Positions 63,383 to 64,000 of a stretch of DNA of 64,000 nt are shown in pieces. Each line of letters opens with the position of its first letter. Within the stretch, counting starts at the first letter, position 1. The notes under the pieces are model-generated. The model made no database searches. It was not told the origin of the DNA and was given only the letters and a program-made list of their open reading frames with translations. The stretch is taken from assembly GCA_963834385.1 (NCBI GenBank), contig CAWIBO010000005.1, forward strand, positions 352,001 through 416,000, given 5' to 3'. This DNA comes from an uncultured Verrucomicrobiae bacterium (GTDB taxonomy: Bacteria > Verrucomicrobiota > Verrucomicrobiia > Chthoniobacterales > UBA10450). Both the position numbers and the translations under genes were made by a program.

Positions 63383-64000
63383 CTAGGCGGCCTCGCCGCG
63401 TCGGCGATAGAAATCCGCCAGAGGATAGGTTCGCGCGACCAGGCCGAAGGCGAGCGCGGCGACAAAGGCAAACCCGGCAAAGAAAAACATCTGGAAGGCC
63501 GTCAGGCCGAACCCGCTTCCTTCGATGAATCCGACGACCGCATCATTCTTGACCCCGGCGTTCACCACCAGCACCCAAAGGTTGCCGATCGTCACGGAAA
63601 GATTCCAGAAAGCCATGATGACGCCTTTCATGGCGAGCGGCGCCTGGCTGTAGGCAAACTCGAGCCCGGTGGCGGAGACGAGCACCTCGCCAAAGGTCAG
63701 GATGGCGTAGGGCAGAATCTGCCACCAGATCGAGAGCGGCGTTCCGCCATCGAGCGCCATTTGCATCACGCCGACGGCGATCCACGATACCCCGGAGAAG
63801 GCGATCCCGGCGGTCATGCGGCGGAGCGCGGTCATTTCGTAACCGAACCGGCGAAGCGCCGGGTAGAGCACAAGGTTGTTGAAGGGGATCAGGATCATGA
63901 CCAGGGCGGGATTGATCGCCTGCATTTGCGAAGCCTGGAACCAGCCCGGCATTTCCATCTTCTGGCCCTGCAAGATCCAGGTGGAAGCTTTCTGGTCGAA
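63383..64000 (-). CDS. POT/PTR family peptide MFS transporter (5' part outside the window)
   Basis: FDQKASTW, QMQAINP, GEVLVSATGLEFAYSQAP..MKG. Confidence 0.92.
   Translation of the reverse strand, partial: FDQKASTWILQGQKMEMPGWFQASQMQAINPALVMILIPFNNLVLYPALRRFGYEMTALRRMTAGIAFSGVSWIAVGVMQMALDGGTPLSIWWQILPYAILTFGEVLVSATGLEFAYSQAPLAMKGVIMAFWNLSVTIGNLWVLVVNAGVKNDAVVGFIEGSGFGLTAFQMFFFAGFAFVAALAFGLVARTYPLADFYRRRGEAA

Overview
High-GC genomic window from a soil-type Verrucomicrobiota, most likely Spartobacteria/Chthoniobacterales (16S V4 start TACAGAGGTCTCAAGCGTTGTTCGGATTCATTGGGCGTAAAGGGTGCGTAGG). Scattered single-base frameshifts suggest long-read indel errors. Housekeeping content: a truncated Mn/Zn ABC binding protein, GlgA/GlgM-type glycosyltransferase, obgE, the complete atpBEFHAGDC operon, lpxI, a DAACS symporter, pdxJ-acpS, yggS, manA, three tRNAs and a 16S rRNA with no linked 23S. 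Five accessory features stand out. (1) An organoarsenical (arsenosugar-type) biosynthesis locus at ~27-35 kb: arsM-aquaglyceroporin-PiT-arsS faces DUF547-radical SAM-TIGR04283 glycosyltransferase, with a divergent nucleoside hydrolase and no classical ars resistance genes. The extra radical SAM resembles the COG1964/Tes type. (2) An integrase-less integron cassette array with attC sites, an HNH cassette and toxin-antitoxin genes at ~35.8-39.6 kb. (3) Four unrelated exported proteins share a C-terminal 'NISTR' module that may be a lineage-specific sorting or anchoring domain. (4) A family of modular composite repeats (REP hairpins plus short tandem repeats) starts right after stop codons. (5) The rRNA operon is split, with tRNA-Ala(TGC) and tRNA-Ile(GAT) 8.7 kb apart. 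All family assignments come from recognising motifs by eye; no database searches were run.
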